Shown here: positions 1 to 12,341 of the stretch, one piece after another
How positions within the stretch are numbered: position 1 is the stretch's first letter
Layout of the letters: each line of letters opens with the position of its first letter
Assembly: GCA_032718475.1 (NCBI GenBank)
Contig: JAUCBJ010008923.1
Location: forward strand, 1-48,519
Source of the DNA: Nemertoderma westbladi
Lineage: Eukaryota; Animalia; Xenacoelomorpha
DNA length: 48,519 nt
Direction: 5' to 3'
Translations under genes and position numbers: made by a program
Notes under the pieces: generated by a model
What the model was told of the DNA's origin: nothing
The model's input: the letters and a program-made list of their open reading frames with translations, nothing else
The model's database searches: none

Positions 1-372
1 ATCGATATCACTGAATCCGGAGTCCGTTCCGCCAAGGATCCGTCGATATCACTGAATCCGGAGTCCATTCCGCCAAGGATCCGTCGATATCACTGAATCC
101 GGAGTCCGTTCCACCAAGGATCCGTCGATATCACTGAATCCGGAGTCCGTTCCGCCAAGGATCCGTCGATATCACTGAATCCGGAGTCCGTTCCGCCAAG
201 GATCCGTCGATATCACTGAATCCGGAGTCCGTTCCGCCAAGGATCCGTCGATATCACTGAATCCGGAGTCCAGGAGTCCGTTCCGCCAAGGATCCGTCGA
301 TATCACTGAATCCGGAGTCCGTTCCGCCAAGGATCCGTCGATATCACTGAATCCGGAGTCCGTTCCGCCAAG
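1..372. repeat. 41-bp tandem repeat (~9 copies, truncated by window start)
   Basis: Unit TCGATATCACTGAATCCGGAGTCCGTTCCGCCAAGGATCCG repeated head-to-tail with no spacers; one copy has a small duplication near 271. Confidence 0.95.
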
Positions 373-1163
373 TCCTGCTGTCTGACAAGTCAGATAGTGG
401 AATGCTGACTAATGAAGTAATGACTGATTTCATGATACCAAAAAGATGAAAAGCAGTACTAAAAAAACCAAATTGCTTAATTAAATTACTGACTAGGAAA
501 ATAAATCCATGCTAAAATATGTTTTTTTATTGTAAATTTTCATATTATCAGATTATAGCTCGTTATAGGTGGTTATAGCTTGTTTATAGAAAATTATAGC
601 CCGTTATAGATCGTTATAGCCCGTTATAGATCGTTCTACCTTTTAGTACGTACCAGCCTTATCTCAGTCAAACACTACACTACAGCATCAAGCAAGACCA
701 TACTGCCATAGTCACAGACACCTACTGACTATATACCGGTACTACAGTACAGCTGTACAGTAGTAGGCGCTACTACCAGACTACTAGGTACATACTACAG
801 TACTAACTGTACTGTATTTGTAAATATTTGGAACGGATCCGGGAAGTCGAGCACGCCACGTTCACCCCGCTGATATTCTCAGCGTTGGGGGGAATATCTC
901 CCTCCACGACGCTGTTCGTGAAGCACCTTGCTTCAAAGCTGGCGGACCGGCGCGAGCTGCGCTATTCGGAGTGCGTGAGCTGGGTGCGGACCTATATGGA
1001 ATATTGACAAAAAGCGCGCCACACGGATTCTGGTTAAACGAAAAGCGCGCCAGCCATGACATTCAATGTGCGCCAACCATTGAAGATTGACCATTAAATT
1101 TTGCAATTATTGTAATCATTTATCAGTTTATACTGCAGTACCTACGCTACAGATATAGAGTTA

Positions 1164-2680
1164 CAGTCCCAATCCCAATAAACATTAACTTGGTCGTTTT
1201 GGCGGCCAAAATTACCAAAATGGCCAAGTAAAAACTGCGGTATTCATGAAAGGAACTGCTGAGGCACGTTGGCTTGTCAATCACAGCCAGTGAATACAGG
1301 CTGAGTGTAAGTAAAGCCCAGCATGTTGGCGCTGATGTAGAGTTCTCTATACCTTTAGGTAGAGAGAAAGGCTCCAGTGTAGTAATGGCTGGGCTCGCCA
1401 CTGTAGTAAACATGCCTGTAAGAGTGCAGTGTGAGGCGCCCTAACTTATTATTTTCTACATATTTTTTACTAATCTAATAATTAACACACCTTTACCTGT
1501 CACTTAGGTTATATGCAGTGTGCTAGCACTTGCAGCGTAATAATTAATTATTTACTTTAATTCTATTCGATTGGTAATAAAAATAACAAGTTCATATATT
1601 CAATTTGTAAAAATTCTTTAAAATATGAGAAAAGTACTTTACATAGATTTTTCTTTATTGAGCTGTTTAGTACGCTATAATAAATGCTCTCATAAATACA
1701 GTTAGGGGGGGGGGGGACTAGACGCAATAAAAATTCATCACTCTCCGGGGGAAATTTGACGCAAATAACAGATGATTACTCTCAAAAATAAAACTGTAAT
1801 GTTCATTTAAGTTTAATTTATTGTTTTGGTTAAAATAACGTGCCACTATAACCTGCTCCTTTCCCTAAATTGAGAATTTAACATTGAGGCTGGATATTAA
1901 TTCGCCAAGGCGAGTTTTGCGTCCAGTTCCCCCCCCCCCCCCCCCCCCCCCCCAAGTCTCGATAAATAATAATTACATCATCATAAATTCACCCAAATAT
2001 GCCGACTCTGTTGACTGTTAGCACAGAGCCAGAGCCTGATATTATAATGTTTTCAGTTACTATCGCCCTCGAATTCAGACCCAGCTACTAGAAATAGGCC
2101 GCGCCGTCTAATCTGAATTTCATCAGTATACCGAACTCGTTCGAGACTGAGTGTCGCTATTTAATAGCTACCCCTCGCCCTGTCACAGACCCAGCTTCTA
2201 ACTATAAAACTATAATTAGGACGCCTTCATACAGAACACGTTGCCATTTCATAATGACTCTAAACTGAAGCTACACAAAGGAAAAGGTGAGAAGTGATTA
2301 TCTAATACTAACACACAAAATCCGATTATTATACATACTCCTCCTTTTAACAAAGCCGCATTCAACTAACTCCCTTATTACGTATTAGCCTGTGCTGTAT
2401 CAATGCCTCAGTGGGTGGTCTTTACTACAACTGAAAGGCCCGACTCAGCTCCAGGTAAGTTAACAATCTGTCAATAATAAAAATGAAAGCGAGCCGACAT
2501 TTAGTCAGAGCAACCAAATGGATGTCCAAGGAGACGGGCTGTCTGGATTGAGCTGATTCGAGTTAAATCGCTTCGCCAAAACGACCAAGTAGCCCATAGG
2601 AATACACTACATTTTTTTGGCGATTTTGGTCATTTTGGCCGCCAAAACGACCAAGTTAATGTTTATTGGGATTGGGACTG
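1164..2680. mobile_element. Non-autonomous Tc1/mariner-type DNA transposon (CAGT...ACTG ends, TA TSD)
   Basis: ~64-bp TIRs CAGTCCCAATCCCAATAAACATTAACTTGGTCGTTTTGGCGGCCAAAAT at 1164-1227 and inverted at 2617-2680, flanked by TA at 1162-1163 and 2681-2682; no intact transposase ORF. Confidence 0.85.
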
Positions 2681-3493
2681 TAGAAAGTTAGACCCAACAG
2701 CCCAACCCTACAGTATTTTAACATGGAAATGCAAGCCCAGCGAGCAAGAAAATTTTGCAGAGATGTAAACATGAATATGAATAGGCGTACAGTACTGCAG
2801 TAATACTGTAATATTTAGATACAGAGATAGTAGGTCAGTAGGTCAACCAAAGGTTTTTAAATACAGATGTGATTAAATTGCGAGCGTAGCGAGAAAGAAA
2901 ATTTTAACATTTTTGGGTCAACCGACTATTTTTTACCTACAGATGTGATTATGAATTACATCGGAGTGTAGCGAGCACGGAAAATCTGCTGAATCGTGGT
3001 TTTAGGCTATATTGGTGTGAACAATTGAAAAACCTTTCAAACAACTCATATTTTGAAAGACATTAAAACTTTGGCCTGATTGGCCATGATGATTAATGTG
3101 GATTGGATACAGTACCTTCAATGCTCAATCCCTCTGTTTGTCCATAATGTGGGAGTGCAAAACAGTTCAAGGCACGGAACTACTTATATAGGTTAATAAA
3201 CAAATACTGTATAAAATATCACTGTATATGTAATCAAATATCCCTATTCTATTATAGTTTAGTTCTTAGAATGATGAATAAGAGTAGAACCTACAGCTGT
3301 ACAGCTGTACAGGCAGGTATAATCCACAAACGCGAGCGAAGCGAGCGAAAATTTTTAAGGCCTAGGCCTAACTCTTTTTAAAAATAGACTCTACTGGTAG
3401 ACCGATATAATTTGAAGTAGAGTCAGAGAGTGGCTGGATATGTTGCCATGCCAATGCATTTTGCTACTGTACTAGTGTACATGACATCTATTT

Positions 3494-3608
3494 CCGCGCC
3501 AGGATCCTCAATGCGCGCCACACGCCCCTGTTCCTTCGCGCCAGGAACCTAAATGCGCGCCACACGTCCCTGTTCCTTCGCGCCAGGATCCTAAATGCGC
3601 GCCACACA
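3494..3608. repeat. ~42-bp tandem repeat (~2.5 copies)
   Basis: CGCGCCAGGA(T/A)CCT(C/A)AATGCGCGCCACACG(C/T)CCCTGTTCCTT repeated; a related GCGCGCCACACG word occurs near 1015. Confidence 0.8.
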
Positions 3609-3930
3609 TGTTGAGCAAACTCTACATAAATTCCAACCTGGGGTGCGGAGGCAGTTCAGATTCGCGCTGCTGCGGGCCTCCCTGATATGCATAAGAGGGT
3701 CGAGATCGGCACGGAAACGCCCAGTCTTTGTTGGGGCAGAAGCATCGCCGTCGATCTTGCTGCGTTGCTGGCCAACGCAGACACAAGGGTGGGACAGTAG
3801 AGTCAGGAACTCATATCGTAAACAATTCCAAAATCAGTTTAATTAGTTTATATATTATTTAATTATCTTGTATGGTTTAAATTTCCCGCCCTTTGCTCAT
3901 TTGATAATATAATATACAGAGGTATTGTTT

Positions 3931-3967
<37 letters not shown>

Positions 3968-4141
3968 AACTGTACTGACTGTACTACCGGTAGCTAACTG
4001 TACTACAACTGTACTTAGTACTAACTGTACTACCTCTACCGCAGTACCGGTAGGCTTGTCTTCAAGTATGTACATTTCAGCTGACAGTGTAGTAGGCCTA
4101 CTAAAACTAAAACTTCGATTGCTGTACTTTATAATGCAGCA

Positions 4142-4332
4142 ATGGCGGCTTGTAGTTCCTTTTATGGCCGAATTAAAGGAAATAAACTTTCAGAAGCGAC
4201 GACGTTCATCACACTGCAAGAGGCATTAGACAATTGCTCAGAAGAATCAACTAATATTGTAATTTTGCCTCCAGAAGATGGTAATGATTCTGAAACCGAG
4301 CAGGGAGGTGGAGATGAGGACACGAACTTTAC
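4142..4332 (+). pseudogene. piggyBac (PGBD-like) transposase, N-terminal fragment
   Basis: ITLQEALD...NIVILPPEDGNDSETEQGGGDED resembles the acidic N-terminus of PGBD-type transposases; the reading appears to resume at ~27032 (VSGCVEL) after nested insertions. Confidence 0.6.
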
Positions 4333-5696
4333 ATATCCAGCGATTAGCACGCTAATAGCGGGATGTACCATCCTGCTAAGATCCCGCTATTTTTATAAGA
4401 TAATATCCGGATAATCGCCGTAAAAGTGGTCCCCGCTATAGCGGTGTTTTTAGCAGGATAATGATCTGGTTTTTAGCGGTTCCTTAGCGGCACTTTAGCG
4501 TGGATTTAGCGGCATTTGTAGCTGCCCAGGTTAAAAAAAATTCGCTTTGTCCAATCACATAGCGTTCCTTCAGTCCTTGTGCATACTCTGTGGATAAAGG
4601 AGGAGAGGGGGGGGGGGGGGGGGGTGGGCTGGAGTGGTTAGCCTACAATACCTACCCTATGCCTACACCTACGGCCCTACACCTACAATACTCTATACAA
4701 ACTGAGATGTAATCGTTTGAGTATAATAAGAGAATATATAATGCATTAAGACTTAGGAGTATCCTATATAACTTTAAGCGATCATCAAAAAATATTAATT
4801 AGATTATTCAAATCTATATATTTGATCTTATTTACAATCATATTAGATAATTCATAATTATGAATTTATTAAAAATAATAAATTGTAAACTGTTTCTAAT
4901 CGATTATTCGAAGACAAGAAACCATATATCTATCCAATAATTTCAGTTTTCTGCAAATTGAGGTAGTGTCGAGGGGTTGGGGTTGGTGGTTTATGTAAAT
5001 GCAGTTTAATTTTTGACAGTTTAATATTTTTTTTGTTCACTGCAAAAATGTACAAATGAAAATTTAAATACAGTACATATCTGCATATTGTCTGTACTAC
5101 TGTATAACAACTGTAGGTACTGTAACCTGAGATACTGTAGGTACTGTATAAATTTTTCCCTTTGATAATTACAAATTTTTTTCCTTTGATTGAGTTTAAA
5201 CTCCCCCCCCCCCCCCCCCCCCTCCCCCCACCACCACCAGGTATATCTCCTCCCATCATCATCTGAACAAACCGGTTCTTAGTGCATTATATTGAATGAG
5301 AGTTTATTAAATATAAATTAATATCGATTGTATCCATCCATGAATTTTTGTTTTGTTGTCATTAGAATATTTAAATTGTTGTTTTATCTTATTCTACTGT
5401 ATTATGTATCCGGGGCAATATCAAAAGTGTTATAATTGCGAAGTGCTTAATGTTGTTAGGATGTTGTGAATCATTTTAATTATCAAAAACGTCATTGGGA
5501 TGGCTTTAATTATGGTAAACTTGTGAAAGTTCATAAAAATTAAAACATCGTGCCATGATCGTTCATATTTTAGGTACTGTACTGTATTGTTGATATAAAT
5601 AAATGGACGTAAAACTGAATGAAAAGTGAACGATCATTATTGAATGTGTTGGTTCATATTTAATTACGTTCAACTAGTGATTAAAATTATTACATT
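4333..5696. mobile_element. Left part of a non-autonomous DNA element split by the BEL insertion
   Basis: Cluster of TTTAGCG/CACTTTAGCGT words at 4333-4530, inverted relative to ACGCTAAAGTG/GCTAAA words at 26730-27028; exact left terminus not clear. Confidence 0.5.
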
Positions 5697-5840
5697 TGAT
5701 GAATTATTTCACTATAAGATAGCATTTGTAGTTTAACTTTAACGTAAAAACTTTCGAAAATCCGACGCATTTTGATTAAGTTACAGTAATGTAATATTGC
5801 CTATTCATATTTGTACACATAAGGCCCCTAGTTACTCTCG

Positions 5841-5904
5841 TGGCGTAGTGGTCAGATGGTTAAGGCGTTGGTTACATTACAGATAGTTTACGTGTTCGAA
5901 TCCC
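5841..5904 (+). promoter_or_regulatory. tRNA-like Pol III internal promoter (A box + B box) in the LTR
   Basis: A box TGGCGTAGTGG (5841-5851) and B box GTTCGAATCC (5894-5903); both recognisable in all three LTRs. Confidence 0.6.
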
Positions 5905-5989
5905 GGTCGGGAAATTTGTATTTTGGGACCATTTATTTTCATTTGGTGCAAATTGGTGGACCAATGAGACGCGTACAACGTATCGAATT

Positions 5990-6250
5990 ATGAGCCAGGC
6001 CAATCATAGGGCATAGAATATCTTATTGCTCAAATGTGAGGCTATGGAAAATTCTGTTAGGATTCCGTGTCCCAGATTAGTGTAAGGGCCGGTTTGCATT
6101 GAACGATGAGCTGGGCCAATCATAGGGCATAGAGCATCTCATTGCTCAAATGTGAAGCTGTGGAAAATTCTGTTTGGTTTCCATGTACGATTTTAGTATA
6201 TAAGGATTGGTTTGCCTTCGGTTATCACCTTCACCTTCACCTTCACTTCT
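5990..6250 (+). promoter_or_regulatory. LTR U3 Pol II promoter: duplicated ~116-bp CCAAT-containing unit, TATA box, pyrimidine-rich initiator
   Basis: Two copies of ATGAGC.GGCCAATCATAGGGCATAG...GGAAAATTCTGTT (5990, 6106); TATATAAG at ~6197 followed ~30 nt later by TCACCTTCAC repeats. The TATA word is degenerate in copy 2. Confidence 0.6.
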
Positions 6251-6560
6251 ACTTGTTAACCTAGTACACCTTACTTATATTAGTTTATTTTGTTTCTTGT
6301 TGAAACTTTGGTAAATCTGCTTGATAATCTTTGCTCGAATCTAAACTGTAAATATACTGCAAACTCCTGAACATGTTTACTTTTGGTCCAACCTTGGGAC
6401 AGCCAAACATCGGGAAGATGGCAGCCTAGACAGTTAGGCCGTTAGCAACGCAGGAAAGGGATGTCCACAACACGCTAGCGCCCACATAAGTTTGACCGCA
6501 CACCCCCTTCGCCCTTCGAAATACTCCGACTTGCCATGCAGCGCCTGCTTTATGAGGAAG

Positions 6561-6740
6561 GTAAGACTTTGTTCGACGCCCTTGCCCGACGTAAGACCTA
6601 TAGATCAGGGTAAGCGTGATGCCGTCCTGGGACGCCGCAAAATTTAGGATCAAATAATTATATTCCAGGCAGAAACCCCCCCCCCCCCCCCCTTTTCTTG
6701 TCAGCCCTGCAAATCCCTGGGTTACCTGTGTACCTCACAG
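6561..6740 (+). other. Predicted small spliceosomal intron inside the LTR
   Basis: Donor AAG|GTAAGA at 6561 (alternatives at 6591 and 6610), poly-C/pyrimidine tract 6676-6700, acceptor TACCTCACAG|G at 6740; donor and acceptor conserved in all three LTRs. Confidence 0.5.
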
Positions 6741-8049
6741 GTGCGAGCAATTGCCGTTCGTCAGTATGCAAGTACATATTAGGTACGGACAGCATACGTT
6801 CCATAATTTAGTGATTTGTTAGTACTGACTGTTTGGTACCGGTTCGCTTTGTGAACATACATTAGTACCCCCCCCCCCCCCCCCCCCCTCCTACCTGGAG
6901 TTAGTTATTTGATCAGGCAAGGAGTATTTCTGCTACCGGCACACCGCTTGGCCTAGGGAGGTTTTATTAATATCCTACCGCGCCTTGCCACGTACTGATA
7001 GGTATTTGCTGCTAACTACCGCAGCAACAAAGTTCAAGAATCAAATTTGTATACCACATCAGCTAACGTACGGTAGCAATTAACCCCTATTTCTTATCTT
7101 ACAACCAGAATCTGGTATTTGTGCCGATCACGGGTGTAGTTACTAACGCCGTGGTTGCCCAGTTGAGTTGTGGATAGGAAGGAGAGAGCTTTGACGTCAT
7201 TTGTGAGTATAAAGTTCTACAAACGCGACGAGTTTATTTTAGTAGCTAGCGCACGGTATTATTTCAGTCACAGAAAATCACTAAAACCTAGTGAAATGAT
7301 ATACACCAAAATTGTTTTATTTGTAACACACCCACACACACGCGCCCTAAAACATATTTACCCTTAGAGAGAGTTCCTACTAGGTAGCGCACTTTAGATT
7401 TTAGGCAGAATTTATCTGTATTCGTAGAATTAGGATCTGATATTTAGTTACGGCAAGGGAGTATTTCATTATTTTGTTATTAAACTGTTGTTTTCAGCTC
7501 AGCAGTATTGTCACGTTAGGCACGACCCTTTTAGACTGATTTCGTACAGGGGGATCAGTTATTGTTACATTAGGCACGACCTTTTTTAGGCTGATTCAGA
7601 CAGGGAGATCAGTATTGTTACGCTAGGGCTGTAACCCACCTAGCTTGTATATAAACCATATAAATCACACCGCGGCAAGTTACGGTATTTTAGGGCTGTC
7701 AGCGATAGTTAGGATTCGCTGCGCGGGGATTGTTTTCCCGTGAGTTTGGTCTGTTACTGTAACTGTACATCTGCCATACCGGTTAGAGGACAGGTATCCT
7801 TTTGTCTAGTTTGTAGGCATTAGACCCGCTCACGTACATAGAATAGACACTATTGTATCTGTTTGTTTAGATATCCTGGACTGGGATTTGTTGTCAGATA
7901 CTGTACGAGCCCGTTTCATTACTAGAGTCTCATAGTAAGATACATCGTTACTAGGATCTGGTAAGCGGTATACTACTGGACATATTCTATAGCTTCTTAT
8001 TAGTAGATTTGTAGGCCGTAGGGTAGTCCCTACCGTAGGGGACACCACA

Positions 8050-8059
8050 GTGAGGTATA
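8050..8059 (+). promoter_or_regulatory. Non-tRNA primer-binding site candidate GTGAGGTATA
   Basis: Directly follows the LTR-terminal CA; lacks TGG; reverse complement of LTR-internal TATACCTCAC (24240-24249; 6729-6738 with one G.U pair). Confidence 0.6.
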
Positions 8060-8898
8060 TTTATTAAATATCTCGACCGGAAGTGCGTGCGCATTTTAAG
8101 GTATTAACTATTGTATTTAGCTATTGTAAGTAGGAGATATTTAAGATTTTAATAGTAGTAAAATTTGTAATTTGTAGAACGTCCCCTGCTTCAGTAGGCT
8201 TTTAGGGTAGCTAGTAGTTTCGTATTTAACATTTGACTAGCTAATAGTGAGTTTGTAGCAATTTGTTTTACACCGTGTGTGTGCGGTGTTACTTTTCGGT
8301 ACTTGAAAAGGTACATAGGGTTTAGAGACCAAATTGTATCGGTACCTAGGAAGAATTTTTGTAGAGTAGAAGTAAAACTCTCACCTTCGACTTTTCAGGA
8401 CTCAAGGACTCATTTCTGGACCGCTTTGAGGATTAGACCGCTTTTCGCAATGTTTGGGAGACACAAAATTCGTCCGCGCCGCCGAAAAACGGAATGACCC
8501 ACATCCGGTTTGTATTTGGGAATTTGTATGACTGGAAGATCAAAGGAGCGTAAGTTTTACGACTCGTGTCGTTTTAAACTTAGAAAGCACAGTAGTACTC
8601 AAAATTTGTGGGTTTCACTGTCTGATTAGTAGTGTTGTTGGTACATATTTTTCCCGTTAGACGTTGCTGTTTTGCCTATTATTTGTACTTGTTGATCTAC
8701 ATTTTGGTAACGTATACCGTTATCTCACTTATTCGTACAAATTTAGCCGGTAGGCTAGATTATTACTTATTTTATTATATATTTTGTTAGTTTATTTGTA
8801 CCGGTTAGGGTATATATATGATATATATATATCAAGGTAAGTTTGACATTTGGACATTTTGACATTTTATTACCCGTACTTGACGTATATAATAAGAC

Positions 8899-11800
8899 AT
8901 GAGTGACACACCACATTCGACGCGATACCCCCCTATCGACTATGACTCGTGCGACCCGGACAGATTGACAGTAGACGAACCGAGAAGGAGAACCCGAGAT
9001 TCCACCGATGTCACACCGTGTGCGTCGCCGGTACCCCGAACGGAAATACCGGAAGCCGCAGTGCGTGGCCACGGCAGAATCGAAGATTTCCTTACCGTCC
9101 CGCAGACTAGATCGTGGGAACCGGACATGGTAAGTTCGAATGGAAGCCAGGAGAACGTTATTAGAAGTATAGGAGGACACATGGCCCAGATTACTCAAAA
9201 CCTCGGAGAAGGTTTTTGCATTTTACGCGAGTTAACCACCGCGATGTTGAGATACGAGTTCTATACCTTACAGGTGAGGATAGAAAGTACGGTACATGCT
9301 TCCGTAGATGAACTTAAAGGTTTACACGAACTTGCAGAGTTGCGTGGCGACAACTTTACTCAGGTAAAGATAATAGATAAGTTAGTAAGTGCAAGAGAAA
9401 GTATTGTTCAGTTTAAGTCAGTAATAAGATTGGCTCAACAGGAGCAGTTTGACCAAATGCTAGGTGAGTCAGTTTCAGACGCGTTGTTACAACCCGAAGA
9501 GGAAGAAGAACTATACTGCCTGGACGGGAGGTTAGGGACGCTCACCAATTTTCTTCGTAGATGCGGCATACCGATCGAAGAACCGGAAGTCGAACCGCGA
9601 GGGACGACGGAAGTTCTCACTACGGAAGGCTTGCGAGCCTACCATATTCCACCCATGGATAGATCGTTCGTTAGCATGCGGAGTGACGCTGGCGACGTTA
9701 GTAGAACAGCATCTGTTATTACTCGACAACAACAGGAAGTTGCACGCCGACAACAAGTTGCCGAGGAAGAAGCGCAATGACAGATGGCACAGATCGCTAT
9801 CGAGGGAGAGAGACAACGTAGAGAAGACGAAGCAAGAATTGCGCAACTCAAAGCGCAAGCCGAATTTGAGGCTTCGGAGATGCGTAGATTGGAGGAAGAC
9901 TTAGCGCGAGAAGCAGCCGCGGCAGCAGCAACCGACGAGTTAGCACGACGGGTAGCAACTGACGAGTTAACACGAGTTGCAGCAGCTGACGAGTTAGCAC
10001 GGCAGAAGGCGGCCTCTGACGCACATGCTCAGTTGGAGGCACGGCAATTAAAATCATGTTTAGCCATACAGGAAGCAGAACTAGCGGCACAACAACAAGT
10101 AGCGGATCGACGCGAAAGGGAGATGCAGCTACAGTTCGAATTTAATTGTAGATCGCGTGAGGCAGCGAACGCGCAAGAGGACCTCAAACTCGACGCGAGA
10201 GATAGATCTATAAGATCCCGAGCCGGACATGACTTGTCTGCTCTGAATCGTTTCGAAGCTCGATATCGCGGAATTCAGAAGCGTATCGAGGAAGGAAGTG
10301 TGGGAGCGATAGATAGAGGAGAGGAGTTCGTCGAGGATTACTGTAAACGTTTTCCCCAAGTTATTCCTATGCTTAAACCCACGACTCCGATAAAACCGGT
10401 CTTTGTCACGAAACCTAAGGAAATAACGCCCGTGCGCTCGACGCAAGGTAACAGGTTTGTTGTGACAGAAATACCGCAACCTAGGGCAACTTCATCGCCA
10501 ATTTTAGCAGGTAACATAACTAGTCCACCTACAGTAAGTTGTAGTCTACTTGTAGGAAGGGAGGAACCTGCATTTATGTCAATTAAAAAGCAAAGTAAGC
10601 AGTTAAACCTGTGACGTGCTGTGCGAACCCAGTTATTTATAGACCGACTACGAAACCCGATTACTTTACTCAACCTTTGACACAATGTTAGACGCGACCT
10701 ACGACTTCGTGGAAGGCTTGCGAGCCTACCGAACAACGGAGGAGGACGGATGTGGGTAGTACCCACAGGATCGAACCATGTTTAACGAGACCTACGACTT
10801 TGTGGAAGGCTTGTGAGCCTACCGAACGACGGAGAACCGTAGATCCCAGAACGCAACGAATGCGACCAAGAATAATACACCGTACGCGAACCCGCCAACC
10901 ACCTTATCCGGACGACAGCGACTCATCTAGTGACTCGGAGTCGACAGAACGGGAAGTATTCCATACTGGAGCGGCAGCAGCGGCGACGGATTGCAAATGA
11001 GAGGAACGATCGACGAACCAATTCGTCAACAACCCACCACGAGAAACACCCATTCGGAAACCCACGTTGCGACCAGCGGAAACGATCCGCACCAAACAGT
11101 TCACCGAGATGACGGACCGACTAGCTCAACTCGAAGAACTACTTGAAGCGCAACCGTCGGACCGATCACGAACCAGCATGGAGTTGGAACAACCTAGACA
11201 ACATCAACCACCAAGGAGAGAACAGGAGACTAGACAGACTCCGACCCATCGAGAAGAAGATCCCGTTAATAATTCCTACCGACGAACAACGTGCGGAAGG
11301 GAACGACTAGACGACGCTACCGAACAGGGACGCGGACAGTTGGATTTGGTTAGCAAGATTGCGAAATTCGCGGCTAGACTCGGATTACCGGCACAGCAAC
11401 TGCCGAAGTTCTCTGGCAACGCGAAACACTGGCGTACACTGGTAGACTACATCGAGCCCCAGATCGCTAAGTGTGCTTTCACCTCGATGGAGAAGTTTAA
11501 TTACTTGCTCCAAGTCCTGTCTGGTGAGCCAAAACGATTAGCGGAAACCTTTATCGGTGTTCCAGATGCCTTTGAGTTGGCGTACGACCGTTTGTATTCG
11601 ATTTACGGCGGTGACGTGGCCATGGCTAAATCCATTATAGAAGACCTCTGCAGAGGAGGCAATATTTCGAAACCGATCGACCTTTTACGACTCGCGGACG
11701 AAATAAAGAACGCTATAGGGACTTTACGGTCCATAGGACAACTCGAATACGCTAACGCACCGACAGTTCTCATTAGGATAATCGGTCGACTTCACCATCG

Positions 11801-12341
11801 ACTCCGACGAGAATGGCGACGCATCGAGTACCGGCGTGAAGAAGCCGGCGGGCTTTTGAAACTCACCGACGTCTACCAACTGATTTCACGGGAGGCCGTG
11901 ATTGAGACTCGATCGAACTATACCGAACACCATATCGCGGCAGAAGGGATAGCTATTTCTGCACCGACTCGGACCAAACCATTTCTGACGAACGCAAAAG
12001 CCGTTACCTACGCCACCCCTACTGAGACTTCTAAAGTTCTGACGCCTATCGGCACCACACAGCCACAACAACAGTTGCCAGCGGACTTTGTGGGATGCTT
12101 GTACTGTAAGCAGAACGGCAGAAACTATAGCGGACATAAACTTTGTGGGTGTTGTGCTTTTAAGGAGTTAGGAATCGAAGAGCAGAGACTCCAGATTCGA
12201 TCGTTAGATTCCTGCTGGAGATGTATGAAGCCAGGACACGTCCGGAAGGATTGCCCGAGCGACGATACATGTCCTCAGTATGGACGTAACCACGACGCGT
12301 TACTCCACACAACGAGTCATACTCCGACCAAACGCTTTTGA
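8899..12341 (+). pseudogene. gag: BEL/Pao Gag region (coiled-coil N-terminus, DUF1759-like core, three Cys/His knuckles), disrupted
   Basis: LPKFSGNAKHW...EKFNYLLQVLSGEP...AYDRLYSIYG; CLYC..H..C, CWRCMKPGHVRKDC, CPQYGRNHDALLH; in-frame stops at 9778 and 10612 and a frameshift before 11067. Confidence 0.92.

Larger units (their letters stand above)
5697..8049 (+). repeat. 5' LTR (2353 bp)
   Basis: Colinear with 22897-26497 and 44252-~46532; TG...CA termini. Confidence 0.95.

Noticed and set aside
1-372. CRISPR-like array
   Set aside because: Units are contiguous with no unique spacers, there are no cas genes, and the context is eukaryotic; it is a minisatellite.
1704-1953. Small element with G/C-tract inverted ends
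   Set aside because: The inverted match is short and dominated by homopolymers; no TSD resolved.
4930-5262. Gly-rich ORF, and other short or antisense ORFs in the track
   Set aside because: They arise from poly-C tracts, tandem repeats or shadows of real TE frames; no recognisable domains.
5838-5911. Functional tRNA gene
   Set aside because: A/B boxes are present but there is no convincing acceptor or anticodon stem; it is part of the LTR.
6381-6400. TTTTGGTCC as the tRNA PBS after a short LTR
   Set aside because: Only ~6 nt resemble a tRNA 3' end; it is also present in the 3' LTR, and the TSD places the LTR end at 8049/26497. At most a vestige.
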